DNA from: a bacterium
GTDB lineage: Bacteria; Zhuqueibacterota; Zhuqueibacteria; Oceanimicrobiales; Oceanimicrobiaceae
DNA length: 30,245 bases
Assembly (NCBI GenBank): GCA_046757165.1
Contig: JBHHXT010000042.1
Location: 1-30,245 of the forward strand
Reading direction: 5' to 3'
Position numbers and translations under genes: made by a program. Below the pieces are notes generated by a model. The model did no database searches. It was not told the DNA's origin and saw only the letters and a program-made list of their open reading frames with translations. The stretch's first letter is position 1, and each line of letters begins with the position of its first letter. This document shows positions 15,706 to 24,978 of this stretch, one piece after another.

Positions 15706-17760
15706 TCAATGCCCGATCGCGTCTGGCCGCAGGAGTTTCTGAGCTCGAGCCAGCTCATCAGGTGTATTGACATTGAGAAAAGCATGCCTGGAATAGAACA
15801 CCAATCCCGGTTCCATGCGTACGATGCGCGTCCTCACCTTGTCATAGAATTGAGAGACTTTGTGTTCCCCCAGTTCAATCTGCGCCTTGATAACGGGAAG
15901 ACATTTCTTCTTATAGACCGCGCACAGGGGCTCGACGCCTGATTCGGACTCGAACGCGAGGACGTCATAGGGAGCACAATTCTCGCACAGGAAGCGGATG
16001 AGCTGCCGGGACAAGAATGGCAGGTCGCAGGCAACAACCAGACAGTGCTCCGTTTGTGAGCGCTGCAACGCGGTATAAATCCCTGCCAGTGGGCCGAAGT
16101 TTGCGACCGCATCCGGATACACTGGCAAATTGAGAAATCTGTACTCCTGCTGCTGGTTGCTGATAACCACGATCTGCTCGAACTGTTCCCTGAGGCTATC
16201 GACAACACGCGCGATCATGGGTTTGCCGTCAACGAACAGCAGCGCCTTGTTCTGCCCCATGCGAGACGATGTTCCACCCGCCAGAATCGCAGCGCTGACA
16301 TCTTGGCTGCTCATCCCCGAAAGCGATTTCGCGGAGGGGAACATGACACGAAATACCGTACCAGTGCTGCTGCTGGTGAAGCAAATCTGTCCTTTATGTT
16401 CATCGATGATTTCTTTCGTGACCGCAAGCCCCAGTCCGGTTCCCTTGCCGCTAGGCTTGGTCGTAACAAAAGGGTCGAAGATAGAATGCTTGATTTCGAG
16501 AGGAATGCCCTTTCCAGTATCCTTCACATCCACTAATACACCATTTTCGGTGGCCTCAGAAACAACGCTAATTTGACCGCCTTCGTCGGTCGCGTCGACC
16601 GCATTCAACAGCAGGTTGACAAACACCTGCTCGAGATGTTGGGCATCTCCCAGGATCGTTGGTAAGTCTTTTGAGAGCGACAGGTCTAACCGCACGCGCT
16701 GTTTCTTGAGTCGGAGTTCCACCAGGTGGCAGGAGGCGGTAATGATATCATTCACCGCAATCGGTTGAAACATGATCTCTTTTTTGCGGGAGAAATTCAA
16801 CAAATCCCGGATGATATTCTCGATGCGAAGCAACGCGCTATCCATCAGTTTGGCATATTTCTTTGTCTGGGCGGCATCCCTTGGACTGGCGATAATCCGA
16901 CGCAGGCAATTTCGAATGCCGGCAAGAGGATTGTTGATCTCGTGTGCCAGACCTGAAACCAGCGTGCCGATCGCAGCAAGTTTCTCCGTTTGGATGAGCG
17001 CCTTTTGTTGGTGATCCTGCTCCTCGGCGGCGGTTCTCAAGCGGCCGAGCATGTCTTCGAAACCACGCTCGAGTTCGCCGATCTCATCCCGGCGCTTCCC
17101 CGCGATGTTGGCCTCATAGGTCGGAACTTCGACTTTTGCCATCTCTGTCGCCAGCTTCTTGATGGGGCTGGCCAACGTGCGGGCAACCAAAGATGCAATC
17201 AGAACGCCCACAACAGCGAATGCAAGACTGACGATGAACATCCAGCGCTTGAACGCGTCAGCCCGGCCAAATTCTGACTGACGGCTGAACTGCATCAAAA
17301 GTGTACCGAGCCGCTTGCCGCTATTCTCGAGCGGATAAGCGATTTGAAAGACCGGGTCTTCCCTGTCCTGTACTATCTGTGGCTGAGCAAGAGCCATCCA
17401 CCGCTGCGCCGCCTGCGACTCTTTGTCCTGGATGTATTGCCGATGATCGTCGCTCGCCAGGACGCCACCGGACGCGTCAACAACCATAACGTGTGTGACC
17501 GCGGCCATGGAATTAGCCAGCAGATCCTGGATGTAGTTGTTCAAAAGTCCATCCTCCTCAATCAGGCCCCGCTCCTGATACAAAAGCGTATTAGTGAACG
17601 AAATGGCGGCGGACGCAGCCAGGACAAGGGCCCGCCTTTCGGCCTCGGAGAAAAGCTGATTGCGATAAACATCCACGATGAAAATGTTTGCGACAAAACT
17701 GCAGGCGGCTATGATCGCAGAGGCCAGGCCGATGAACTTCCTTTCCAGAGTCAAGCGCAT
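15706..17760 (-). CDS. Membrane sensor histidine kinase (2TM-HAMP-HisKA-HATPase) fused at its C-terminus to a full MobA-like molybdenum cofactor guanylyltransferase domain
   Basis: HAMP (PIKKL..RRDEIGEL), H-box LAHEINNPL, N-box QVFVNLLLNA, DTGKGI, FDPFVTTK, GTGLGL. From Met483: AAILAGGTSSRMGQNKALL, GPLAGI, VVACDLPFL, EPLCAVY and NVNTPDEL (MobA motifs). Confidence 0.9.
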   Translation of the reverse strand: MRLTLERKFIGLASAIIAACSFVANIFIVDVYRNQLFSEAERRALVLAASAAISFTNTLLYQERGLIEEDGLLNNYIQDLLANSMAAVTHVMVVDASGGVLASDDHRQYIQDKESQAAQRWMALAQPQIVQDREDPVFQIAYPLENSGKRLGTLLMQFSRQSEFGRADAFKRWMFIVSLAFAVVGVLIASLVARTLASPIKKLATEMAKVEVPTYEANIAGKRRDEIGELERGFEDMLGRLRTAAEEQDHQQKALIQTEKLAAIGTLVSGLAHEINNPLAGIRNCLRRIIASPRDAAQTKKYAKLMDSALLRIENIIRDLLNFSRKKEIMFQPIAVNDIITASCHLVELRLKKQRVRLDLSLSKDLPTILGDAQHLEQVFVNLLLNAVDATDEGGQISVVSEATENGVLVDVKDTGKGIPLEIKHSIFDPFVTTKPSGKGTGLGLAVTKEIIDEHKGQICFTSSSTGTVFRVMFPSAKSLSGMSSQDVSAAILAGGTSSRMGQNKALLFVDGKPMIARVVDSLREQFEQIVVISNQQQEYRFLNLPVYPDAVANFGPLAGIYTALQRSQTEHCLVVACDLPFLSRQLIRFLCENCAPYDVLAFESESGVEPLCAVYKKKCLPVIKAQIELGEHKVSQFYDKVRTRIVRMEPGLVFYSRHAFLNVNTPDELARAQKLLRPDAIGH

Positions 17761-18017
17761 GACATAAACTCACAGGGTTTGTTCCGAGGGTTCGCTTGTT
17801 GCAGCCCTCGTTGTATCGCTGTCGAGAACAGTAGATAATTAGAATATTTGACGAGAAAATCAAGAGGGAAGCAACACGCAGGAACGATCTTCGCGGATTT
17901 GGGCCTGGCGCTCCACCTTTGTGAGTCAAGTAGAAGATGTGATTGGCCGATAAGTCCTAGGATGAATTTCACCTCAAAGAGAGCATTCGTAAAACATTGA
18001 GCAAATGGTGTTCGGTC

Positions 18018-18371
18018 ATGAGTGAGACAACGACAATCGACGTAACTGTTATTGAACAGCTCAAAGAGCTGGTTGACGACGAAGATCCCGATTTCCTGAC
18101 AGATCTTTTTCAAGAATACCTCGAGGACGTCACAACCCACCTCTCGAAGCTGGTCCAATCGATCGAAGCGATGGATACGGTAACCGTGGTGAAAACGGCT
18201 CACACGCTCAAAGGCGCAAGCAGCAACCTGGGAGCCAGGCACATGGCTGAGCTTTTCACGGAGTTAGAGAAGACGGCGAAAAGGGAGGATGCGGATGGCG
18301 CCAGGAAGCTTCTGTCAGAACTGCAGAAAGAATTTGGCAACGTCCGGAAGGCCATGAGTGCTTACTTATAG
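18018..18371 (+). CDS. Hpt (histidine phosphotransfer) domain protein
   Basis: AHTLKGASSNLGA motif; helical, acidic, 117 aa; ATG at 18018 assumed as start. Confidence 0.9.
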   Translation: MSETTTIDVTVIEQLKELVDDEDPDFLTDLFQEYLEDVTTHLSKLVQSIEAMDTVTVVKTAHTLKGASSNLGARHMAELFTELEKTAKREDADGARKLLSELQKEFGNVRKAMSAYL

Positions 18372-18538
18372 CCTCTATCTGCAAGCCACAAGCGTGCAGC
18401 TTCACGCGTTCTTCTCCTGAACGACATTCTCGAAAAAATAGGATGAATTCGTTGAAAAAGGCGTACAACGCCCTTGAGGTCACGATGGAGGGAGATTTCT
18501 ATGTACTCCTGGCCGTCAGGTTGGGGCCAGCCCTGGCT

Positions 18539-18883
18539 CTAGAGTCCCACGATATCGTCTAACTCGCCACTGTTCAGAAGTTTTTGCGCAGCCTCTTCAA
18601 CGATCTTTTCGCTGGAATAGAGGCCTGCTTTGATCTTGGCCAACGCTTCATAAATCACGTGTGCCCGAGACGATGGCAGTTTGGCCAGCAACTCCTTTGA
18701 AACAGTGAACTCATCTCTGGACTTCTGAAGCTCATGGGCTTCCTGAGAAATCTGCACCTGATCGCTCTTGACACTGGTCGCCCTTTTTGACTCCTCCTTC
18801 TGGACTTTTCGATCGCGGACATCGTTAACCGGCTTGTCCGGTTTCTTAGGAGGACCGATGCCGTACAAATCTTGGATTTTCAT
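18539..18883 (-). CDS. flgM: FlgM-like anti-sigma28 factor
   Basis: SDQVQISQEA..R......AKIKAGLY......AQKLL pattern; small basic protein in a flagellar context. Confidence 0.75.
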   Translation of the reverse strand: MKIQDLYGIGPPKKPDKPVNDVRDRKVQKEESKRATSVKSDQVQISQEAHELQKSRDEFTVSKELLAKLPSSRAHVIYEALAKIKAGLYSSEKIVEEAAQKLLNSGELDDIVGL

Positions 18884-18910
18884 GATTCAGCCTCCATCTT
18901 GATGCGCTCA

Positions 18911-19294
18911 TTAATAAATAAAATCCACAATCTGTTTATGTGCCATTTGCGCCATGGAACGCAAATCCTTGATTGTTCTCTTTTCCTTCGCCACCTCGGC
19001 GAGTGAACGAGCCGTTCGGTTGATTTTTGTCTGAAGGACCTCCGTATTTCTTGCGTCTAATGATATTATCGACTGGATTATCGCTTTGATGCCCGAAATC
19101 GTTGCGCTGTTTTCCCTGCCAAGCTTTGCCCGCTCCAACCTGACCTGCAAGTCTTCCGCATTCATCGTTTGCAGCACATCCTGACGATAGCTCAGCTTGT
19201 CCAGCACTTGCTCCCACTCCTCTTCATATAGAAGCTTGTTGATTTCCACTGTGGCATCTCGTAACTGCTGAAGTTTTCGAAAAGTCGAATCCAT
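18911..19294 (-). CDS. FliT/FlgN-like flagellar export chaperone
   Basis: Helical 127 aa protein; EEWEQVLDKLSYRQ pattern; I..II.LD..N; translationally coupled to fliD (TAATG). Confidence 0.55.
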   Translation of the reverse strand: MDSTFRKLQQLRDATVEINKLLYEEEWEQVLDKLSYRQDVLQTMNAEDLQVRLERAKLGRENSATISGIKAIIQSIISLDARNTEVLQTKINRTARSLAEVAKEKRTIKDLRSMAQMAHKQIVDFIY

Positions 19295-20784
19295 TACAAC
19301 CTCAATGATGAAGATAGACTCGAAAAAGCCGCTTGTTGTCCACCGATCAGTTGTGCGGTCTCCTGCATCTTTGAAAGTTGCCGCCGAAGCTGCGCCTCCC
19401 GTCTTGCCAGGCGCTCATCAAAGCGGGCAAGCTGGGTATCGATGCTCGTCATCCTATCCGAGATGCTATCCTGACTATCATCGAGCACCCCGCCCACCTT
19501 GATGAAGTCATTCAGAAAGTTCTTGATCTGAACTGCAATTCCACTGGTGGAATTGAACAAGTCCGAGACTTGCGATGACCCGGCCGCCAGGGCGCTCTCG
19601 AACTTGGTCGAATCCGTAAAGCTCAAGGTGCCATCCGAGGCGGCGGTGATTCCGATCTCGAACAGGTGCTCCGGGTTGCCCGATGAGATGCCGGAGACCT
19701 TGCTCGTCATGATACTTCTGAGATTGGAGCGCAAGTAGGAGTAGGTGGACTCGCCGGCCAACACGCCACGGGTGTTGTTGTCAGGGTCGACAGCCTGCTT
19801 TTCGCGCAGATACGTAATCACATCGTTATAGGCGTCCAATAAATCTTGCAGCTCTTTTGTGACAGACTCGGTGTCCACTGAAACCTGCAGAGACTCCGTA
19901 GTGGTGGTGACGTCCTTCAGGGTCATGGTGACGCCGGTCAGGATATCGTTGATCGTATTGCTGTCCCGATAGAACGTCAATCCATCCACAACCAACTGGG
20001 AGTTCAACGTGCTGTTTGACGAGGAGGTGCCGACGCTGGTGATATAGCCGCCAGATGTGCCTGACGACTGCACACTGTTGCTTATCTCCGTTGTTGAAAG
20101 CAGGGAGTTGGCCGAGTCCGTCATGACCATGCGATAGGTGTAGCCGGATTGACCGCTCTTGAAAACAAGCCGAGTGGTGCTGTCCTGCTCGTGAACCACC
20201 GATGCCGTCAACTTTTCATCCGCGTCGATGGTCTTGGCCGTGACGGCGGTGCTCATGGCATTGTTGATGGCAAGTGCAATGTCACTGAGGATATCATCAT
20301 TGTTTGTGCTGGAAGAGTTGATCGTCACCGAAATGGTTTCGCGGTTGGTGCTATCCGAAGTCGTGGGGTGCCCGACTTCTATCTGGAATGTTTGCGAGCC
20401 ATTTGTACTAAAGAACGTCTGCAGCTCTGTGCCGGTCTTCGTATATTGCTTCGAAACCCGTGTATCAGAGCTGGCCAGACGGCTGACCGAAACATCGTGG
20501 CTGCCGGCCAGGGCCGTCGAACTTGCGGTGGCGGTAATTTTGTCCTTGTCACTGGTGGAAACGGTCTTGGTGGCAAAATAATCTGTCAGCACATCCGTCA
20601 ATCTTTTCGCCAGTGAATTCAAAGAGGATAGTTTTGAATCCAGGTCAGAGAGGACCTGGTTGCGCGTGCTGAGCGTGTCCTTCTTATCCTCCAGCCGGAA
20701 CCGCGGTTGGGACTCAATCTGCAATGTCGCCTGAATCAACTGCTCGATGCTGGAATTGCCCTGTGTGAAAATGTCAATACCCAT
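19294..20784 (-). CDS. fliD: Flagellar filament cap protein FliD
   Basis: N-terminal IEQLIQA..IESQP; GSHDVSVSRLA; SNTINDILTGVTMTL; DAYNDV; LFEIGI..DGTLSF; C-terminal coiled coil; Ser/Thr-rich. Confidence 0.92.
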   Translation of the reverse strand: MGIDIFTQGNSSIEQLIQATLQIESQPRFRLEDKKDTLSTRNQVLSDLDSKLSSLNSLAKRLTDVLTDYFATKTVSTSDKDKITATASSTALAGSHDVSVSRLASSDTRVSKQYTKTGTELQTFFSTNGSQTFQIEVGHPTTSDSTNRETISVTINSSSTNNDDILSDIALAINNAMSTAVTAKTIDADEKLTASVVHEQDSTTRLVFKSGQSGYTYRMVMTDSANSLLSTTEISNSVQSSGTSGGYITSVGTSSSNSTLNSQLVVDGLTFYRDSNTINDILTGVTMTLKDVTTTTESLQVSVDTESVTKELQDLLDAYNDVITYLREKQAVDPDNNTRGVLAGESTYSYLRSNLRSIMTSKVSGISSGNPEHLFEIGITAASDGTLSFTDSTKFESALAAGSSQVSDLFNSTSGIAVQIKNFLNDFIKVGGVLDDSQDSISDRMTSIDTQLARFDERLARREAQLRRQLSKMQETAQLIGGQQAAFSSLSSSLRL

Positions 20785-20796
20785 CTTTATGACTCC

Positions 20797-21138
20797 TCAG
20801 TGCTGCGTTGGTTGAGAAGTACCTTCCGGTGCTGGCAGTATCTTTTCCCATGTCGAACGTAACCCAATCAGAATATCCAGAACCTCACAAAACCTGTCTT
20901 CTTCGAGAACTCTGAGTGAGAATTCGTATAAATCATAGAACGATTTTGCAATTTCGTAGTAGTCGAAGTTCAGTGCCGCGGTCAACTCATGGAGTACCTT
21001 CCTGACTTTTTCCTTGTCCCCGGCGTGGCAGGCAGCGATTCCCAAATCGTACAGTTTTAGGATGATGATCTCTGGCTTCGAACATTCCACAAGCGATTCC
21101 ATTACCTGACCTTCTGATTGTTGATTTACCAACTGCAT
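20797..21138 (-). CDS. FliS-like protein (second, divergent paralog)
   Basis: PEIIILKLYDLGI, ELTAALNFD..IA..FYDLYEF and GLRSTWE align with the neighbouring fliS. Confidence 0.75.
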   Translation of the reverse strand: MQLVNQQSEGQVMESLVECSKPEIIILKLYDLGIAACHAGDKEKVRKVLHELTAALNFDYYEIAKSFYDLYEFSLRVLEEDRFCEVLDILIGLRSTWEKILPAPEGTSQPTQH

Positions 21139-21156
21139 TACGAAGTCACCCGTCCT

Positions 21157-21495
21157 CTAGTTCTCGAGATCCCGACATCCCAGAACGGCAGATTCCCAGA
21201 CATCGCGCAGCCCTTCGAATATCATCAGCGCATTTTCGAATTTTTGAGAATGCACCTGGTCTAACGCGAAACGATACAACTGAAAAAAGGTCAAGGCTAT
21301 CTCCTTATGATCGAAATTCAGCGCCGCGATCAACTCAACCAAAACCCTGGCTGCGCCCGTCCTGTCCCTTGCGCGGCACCTCTTGACACCGAGGTCAAAG
21401 AGCATCAGAATCAATTTTTCGGGGCTCGCGGTCTTGAGCTGCTGTCTCAAATACGGATTCCTGGTGCCCTGATGGTCGGCAAGCTGTATAGCCAT
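21157..21495 (-). CDS. fliS: Flagellin chaperone FliS
   Basis: Y..QQLKTASPEKLILMLFD, EL.AALNFD..EIA..LY.F, LRDVWE. Confidence 0.85.
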   Translation of the reverse strand: MAIQLADHQGTRNPYLRQQLKTASPEKLILMLFDLGVKRCRARDRTGAARVLVELIAALNFDHKEIALTFFQLYRFALDQVHSQKFENALMIFEGLRDVWESAVLGCRDLEN

Positions 21496-21543
21496 GGTCG
21501 AATCTCCCTTACGAGAACGAGTCTTCGGTTTATCTTGGTTTAA

Positions 21544-21570
21544 TTATCGACGACGGAACTTGCCACTTGC
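21544..21570 (-). promoter_or_regulatory. Sigma28 (FliA)-type promoter
   Basis: Minus strand reads GCAAG-N14-GTCGATAA, compared with the TAAAG/TCAAG..GCCGATAA consensus, about 50 bp upstream of fliS. Confidence 0.65.
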
Positions 21571-21696
21571 CACTGTTTGTCTCTTTTTTTTGAGTTTTTT
21601 TCGGGTGTTTTCATTCGGACCGCTCTCAGCAGGACAAGACTGATGTCGGGCGAATTCAACTCACATCACGGGTCAATATCTTGCGGCGAGGAGGAT

Positions 21697-22037
21697 TTTG
21701 TTGATTTGTACAAGGCGAGCACCGGCGCCGGGGGCGTGTACAGTGCCTCGTTGATTACCGTGATGGCGATCAACCTCACCATCATATTTGGTTTGATGCG
21801 CACCTTTTCCCTCAAAGCTCAGGACCGGGCAATTCGTGCCGAGGAGAATCTGCGCCACTTTGTCATGAACGCAAACGTTTTGACGAGAAGTTGACCATGC
21901 GGCAAATCATTGGCTTACGTTTTGCATCTGACGCCGAGTTTTTGGTCATGGAAAAGCGCGCTGTGGCTGAGAACTTGTCTGAGGACGATATCAAGAAAGC
22001 CGTCAAGACCTGGAGAGCCGATACGTACCGGGTTTGA
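21697..22037 (+). pseudogene. DUF6526-like membrane protein remnant (5'-degraded, frameshifted)
   Basis: One frame reads ..YSASLI..RTFSLKAQDRAIRAEENLRHF. After a 1-bp loss near 21870 it continues KRFDEKLTMRQIIGLRFASDAEF..NLSEDDIKKAVKTWRADTYRV* (TGA 22035-22037). No credible start; 5' boundary approximate. Confidence 0.7.
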
Positions 22038-22084
22038 ACAACGGTGGCCTGCGCCGCTCACGCAGGGGTCTCGGACGAAAGCCC

Positions 22085-23119
22085 CTATTTCAACTTCAGG
22101 CCCGGCCACTCCCGGATCGGCGTGGTCGACTTGACGATATGCATTCCGGCAGCGGCAAACCGCTCAAATGCCTGGTCAGCCGTTTCCGTGTAGTCGATGA
22201 CTTCGGGAATGACGACGGACGACATACAGTCCTCGAGCAGGTAAACTCTCTGTGCCAATCTGATGTCTGACATTTGAATCGATTTGAGCAAATCGTCGAT
22301 GGTCCAGGCAATGCAGTGGCTTTTGGCCTGGCCGGCGATGATGACCGCGTCAAATTGCAGCAGCTTTTGGACAAACGCGGTGTTGCGATGCGCTATGGTG
22401 CTCCCCTCGTGGTCGTCGACGACCTCCGGGCTCAACACCGAGTAGTTCTCTGTCAATGGGTTGTTGCCCTTGATCTGATAATCCGGTTGGGCATAGCGGG
22501 CGATGCTGTGAAAAAAGATCGCCTCTTCCACGGCAGAGACCACCGCATGTCCGATTCCGCCCAGCATCGCATGATAGGGCCAGATGGTCAAATCGTACTT
22601 GCCGCCCTGGTGCAATTTTTGAACATAATGTTCAAGCAACCTCTGGCCATATTTTTTGTCGACATCCAAGCTTTGAGAAAGCTCGGGGTTGAATCGCCAC
22701 CTGCCCTCCTGAACATCCTCGACAGAAACCAGAGTGAAGGGCGGAGGGTGCTCGCCGTTCTTGTCTACCAAAAAGATGCTGTGGAAAATCTGAAGCGCCT
22801 GATGCGTGTCCAGTGTGGGGCACATCTCTGAAATGCAGTCGAGGTTTCGATAGATGAACTCACATAGGCGGCGATTATCCTCAACCGCACCGATTCCAGA
22901 CCGGCCGCCAACAAACAATTCATACCCGGGGATACAAAAGGTGTTCTGAACATCTACCAGCATCAAACAGATACGCATTCTGTCTTGTGCTGCGGGTTTG
23001 ATCTTGAATTGATTCCGACAGACCGCGGCTTCCGCGGCGCGTGTCTGGTAAGGAACTTTCCAGACCTCCCCGACTCGCTGGGGATCGAAATAGGGTGGAA
23101 TGGGTAGTGCTTTTTTCAT
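22085..23119 (-). CDS. Long-form nicotinamidase/isochorismatase-family cysteine hydrolase
   Basis: LVDVQNTF (catalytic Asp), [32 protein letters not shown] (catalytic Cys), LLEDCMS; ATG at 23119. Confidence 0.85.
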   Translation of the reverse strand: MKKALPIPPYFDPQRVGEVWKVPYQTRAAEAAVCRNQFKIKPAAQDRMRICLMLVDVQNTFCIPGYELFVGGRSGIGAVEDNRRLCEFIYRNLDCISEMCPTLDTHQALQIFHSIFLVDKNGEHPPPFTLVSVEDVQEGRWRFNPELSQSLDVDKKYGQRLLEHYVQKLHQGGKYDLTIWPYHAMLGGIGHAVVSAVEEAIFFHSIARYAQPDYQIKGNNPLTENYSVLSPEVVDDHEGSTIAHRNTAFVQKLLQFDAVIIAGQAKSHCIAWTIDDLLKSIQMSDIRLAQRVYLLEDCMSSVVIPEVIDYTETADQAFERFAAAGMHIVKSTTPIREWPGLKLK

Positions 23120-23153
23120 GTCTCTATTCCGCCTGCCCAATACTGGAGGTCAG

Positions 23154-23179
23154 AAAAAAACACCGTTACAAACGGTGTT
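23154..23179 (-). terminator. Intrinsic terminator 35 nt upstream of the hydrolase start codon
   Basis: Minus strand aacaccgtt-tgt-aacggtg followed by TTTTTTT. Confidence 0.7.
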
Positions 23180-23503
23180 GCATCTGAGCCTTGATTTCGT
23201 AAGAGTCCCCACAACCCAGATGCATCGGGGTTGCTTCAAATGACGGAAACGTTCAGGCGGAGCGTAAGAATCAGCGAGCGAAGCGAGCGTATTTTTACCT
23301 CACGCCAGCAAGCTGCAAAAATACGCCCCGACTTTCATTATTACATTTTACAGCAAGGAATATCGGGGCTGATTTTTGCACTCCATCCCCAACAACCGTT
23401 TCCTGAAAGTTCACCTTTTCACGCGCTCTGAGGAGAGTGGGTCTCACGCGCCACAACGTAAGCCGGGAGAAGGTGGGAGGTTCCGGCATTCGCCGGAAGG
23501 CCA

Positions 23504-24730
23504 TTATTTTGCCTCCACTCGCTTGCAAAATTTCTCCCAGGCTGCAATCGTGAGGTCGGTGAGTTCCGTGCAGCTTTCTATGATTTCTGCTTCATAATGG
23601 TCCAGGAATCGAATTTGCTCACGCCGGAGTTGAACGTCCAACGGTGCGGCGATCTGATTGGTGTGTCCTCTCCCGAGCTGTACGCCGACATCGAAAGCAA
23701 TTTCTGCCATCTCCTCAAGGGAGTGAAAGGATTCCTCTATTTCTATCTCTCTATAATTGTCCACCCAGGAATGCACCCAGAAACTCATGTCGTCTAACCA
23801 CAGGTAGCCCAGAAATCTGTAGGGCTCATAAGCGATGCGTGCCTGCCCAATGAGCACCCGAAAAGGATCGTTCTTTTGTGAAATGGTAATGCAGTCGATG
23901 GCACTCAAGTCCCGTACTTGCTTGACCTCCAGGACAACATCATCGAGCGCATCGTTGCTTTCCCCTTCGATGCGCACCAGGAATTTGCGGTCGCGCGCAC
24001 TGCCGATACCGAGTTTGAGATAGCCAACCTGCTTTATCCCGAAGAAATCCGCCGCGAGGTTCGGTTTGTCCAGGCGAATCGTCTCGATGTAGGGTTGCAT
24101 GGCCGCCACCAGGTTCTCCTGCTCAGCATCTGGCATGGGTTCCATAATGGATTGCACCCAGGCGAAGTATTTTTCCCGGTTGAATTTGAATCTGGTCTTA
24201 ATGCGCGCAACCAATGAAGGAATCGGCGCCTCGGTTGCCGGATCCATCAGAGCGGCACGATATCCCCGGAGGAACGTTCCATACAGTTGCTCGGCGTGCT
24301 CGCACCAGCCGTTTTCCCGGCAAGCCAGATGGAGTGAAACGCCAAAGCGCATCAAATCGATCACGGCCGGTCCGCTCGATGAATCATCGAAGTCGGTCAG
24401 TCCACGACCCAGATCGGTAATGGCATATTGCTCGATGTGAGCATCGCCGTGCAGGTTGAAAGCAGGCGTGCCGCGCAACAGGGGGCCGGACCGACGGCAG
24501 ATTTCCTGGCTGAACGGAATGTTGATAAAGCGAAAATACCCGTGTGGGCTTGCCAGAATGCGTTTAAGCAACGCGGGGTTGTGGGAAAAATCGTACTGGG
24601 CGGGCTGGGAGTACAGCGGATTTGGCGCCGTGTCATCACCGGCTTGTGCAAGGGCACCCGTGCATGAAAGCAGGAAACAAAACAGGTGAACGGATGCTAT
24701 CTTGCCAGCCTTCCGCATAGCCATCCTCAT
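23504..24730 (-). CDS. DUF2252-like (kinase-like motifs) protein with a predicted signal peptide
   Basis: SPHGYFR, LHGDAHIEQY, TDFDDS, DLMRFGVSL, GIGS..KFLVRIEG and DDVVLEVKQ. N-terminus has basic residues, a hydrophobic core and ALA|Q. Start may be any Met at 24730-24718. Confidence 0.65.
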   Translation of the reverse strand: MRMAMRKAGKIASVHLFCFLLSCTGALAQAGDDTAPNPLYSQPAQYDFSHNPALLKRILASPHGYFRFINIPFSQEICRRSGPLLRGTPAFNLHGDAHIEQYAITDLGRGLTDFDDSSSGPAVIDLMRFGVSLHLACRENGWCEHAEQLYGTFLRGYRAALMDPATEAPIPSLVARIKTRFKFNREKYFAWVQSIMEPMPDAEQENLVAAMQPYIETIRLDKPNLAADFFGIKQVGYLKLGIGSARDRKFLVRIEGESNDALDDVVLEVKQVRDLSAIDCITISQKNDPFRVLIGQARIAYEPYRFLGYLWLDDMSFWVHSWVDNYREIEIEESFHSLEEMAEIAFDVGVQLGRGHTNQIAAPLDVQLRREQIRFLDHYEAEIIESCTELTDLTIAAWEKFCKRVEAK

Positions 24731-24978
24731 TCGTTAGTCGTTTTCGAAATAGAAATCAAGCGCCGTCAGGACCTGTGCACAGAAATATAGCAATGGCCTG
24801 CAACAATTGCAACCACTTTGTCCTGTGCCGGGGCAGCTATTGCAATTCGTCAATCATTCTTGCCTGCCGGCAACTGGTATGATGATTCTGATAAATCTTT
24901 GTTTTTCTGATAGTTTTACCGATTCATTAAGGTGGATTATTGCACAGGATGGCCTGCGAGAAAGGACGCTCATAAAGA

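Noticed and set aside
15690..15785. N-terminal extension of the NtrC protein given by the ORF track (likewise starts at 1766, 2928, 7294, 23140 and 28784)
   Set aside because: These extensions overlap neighbouring genes or precede the domain start. Downstream ATGs fit the domain boundaries and, where visible, RBS or stop-start coupling.
23420..23470. AAGCCGGGAG resembling the 3' end of a ykkC-type riboswitch
   Set aside because: It is on the + strand with no gene directly downstream, and the 5' conserved core is absent.
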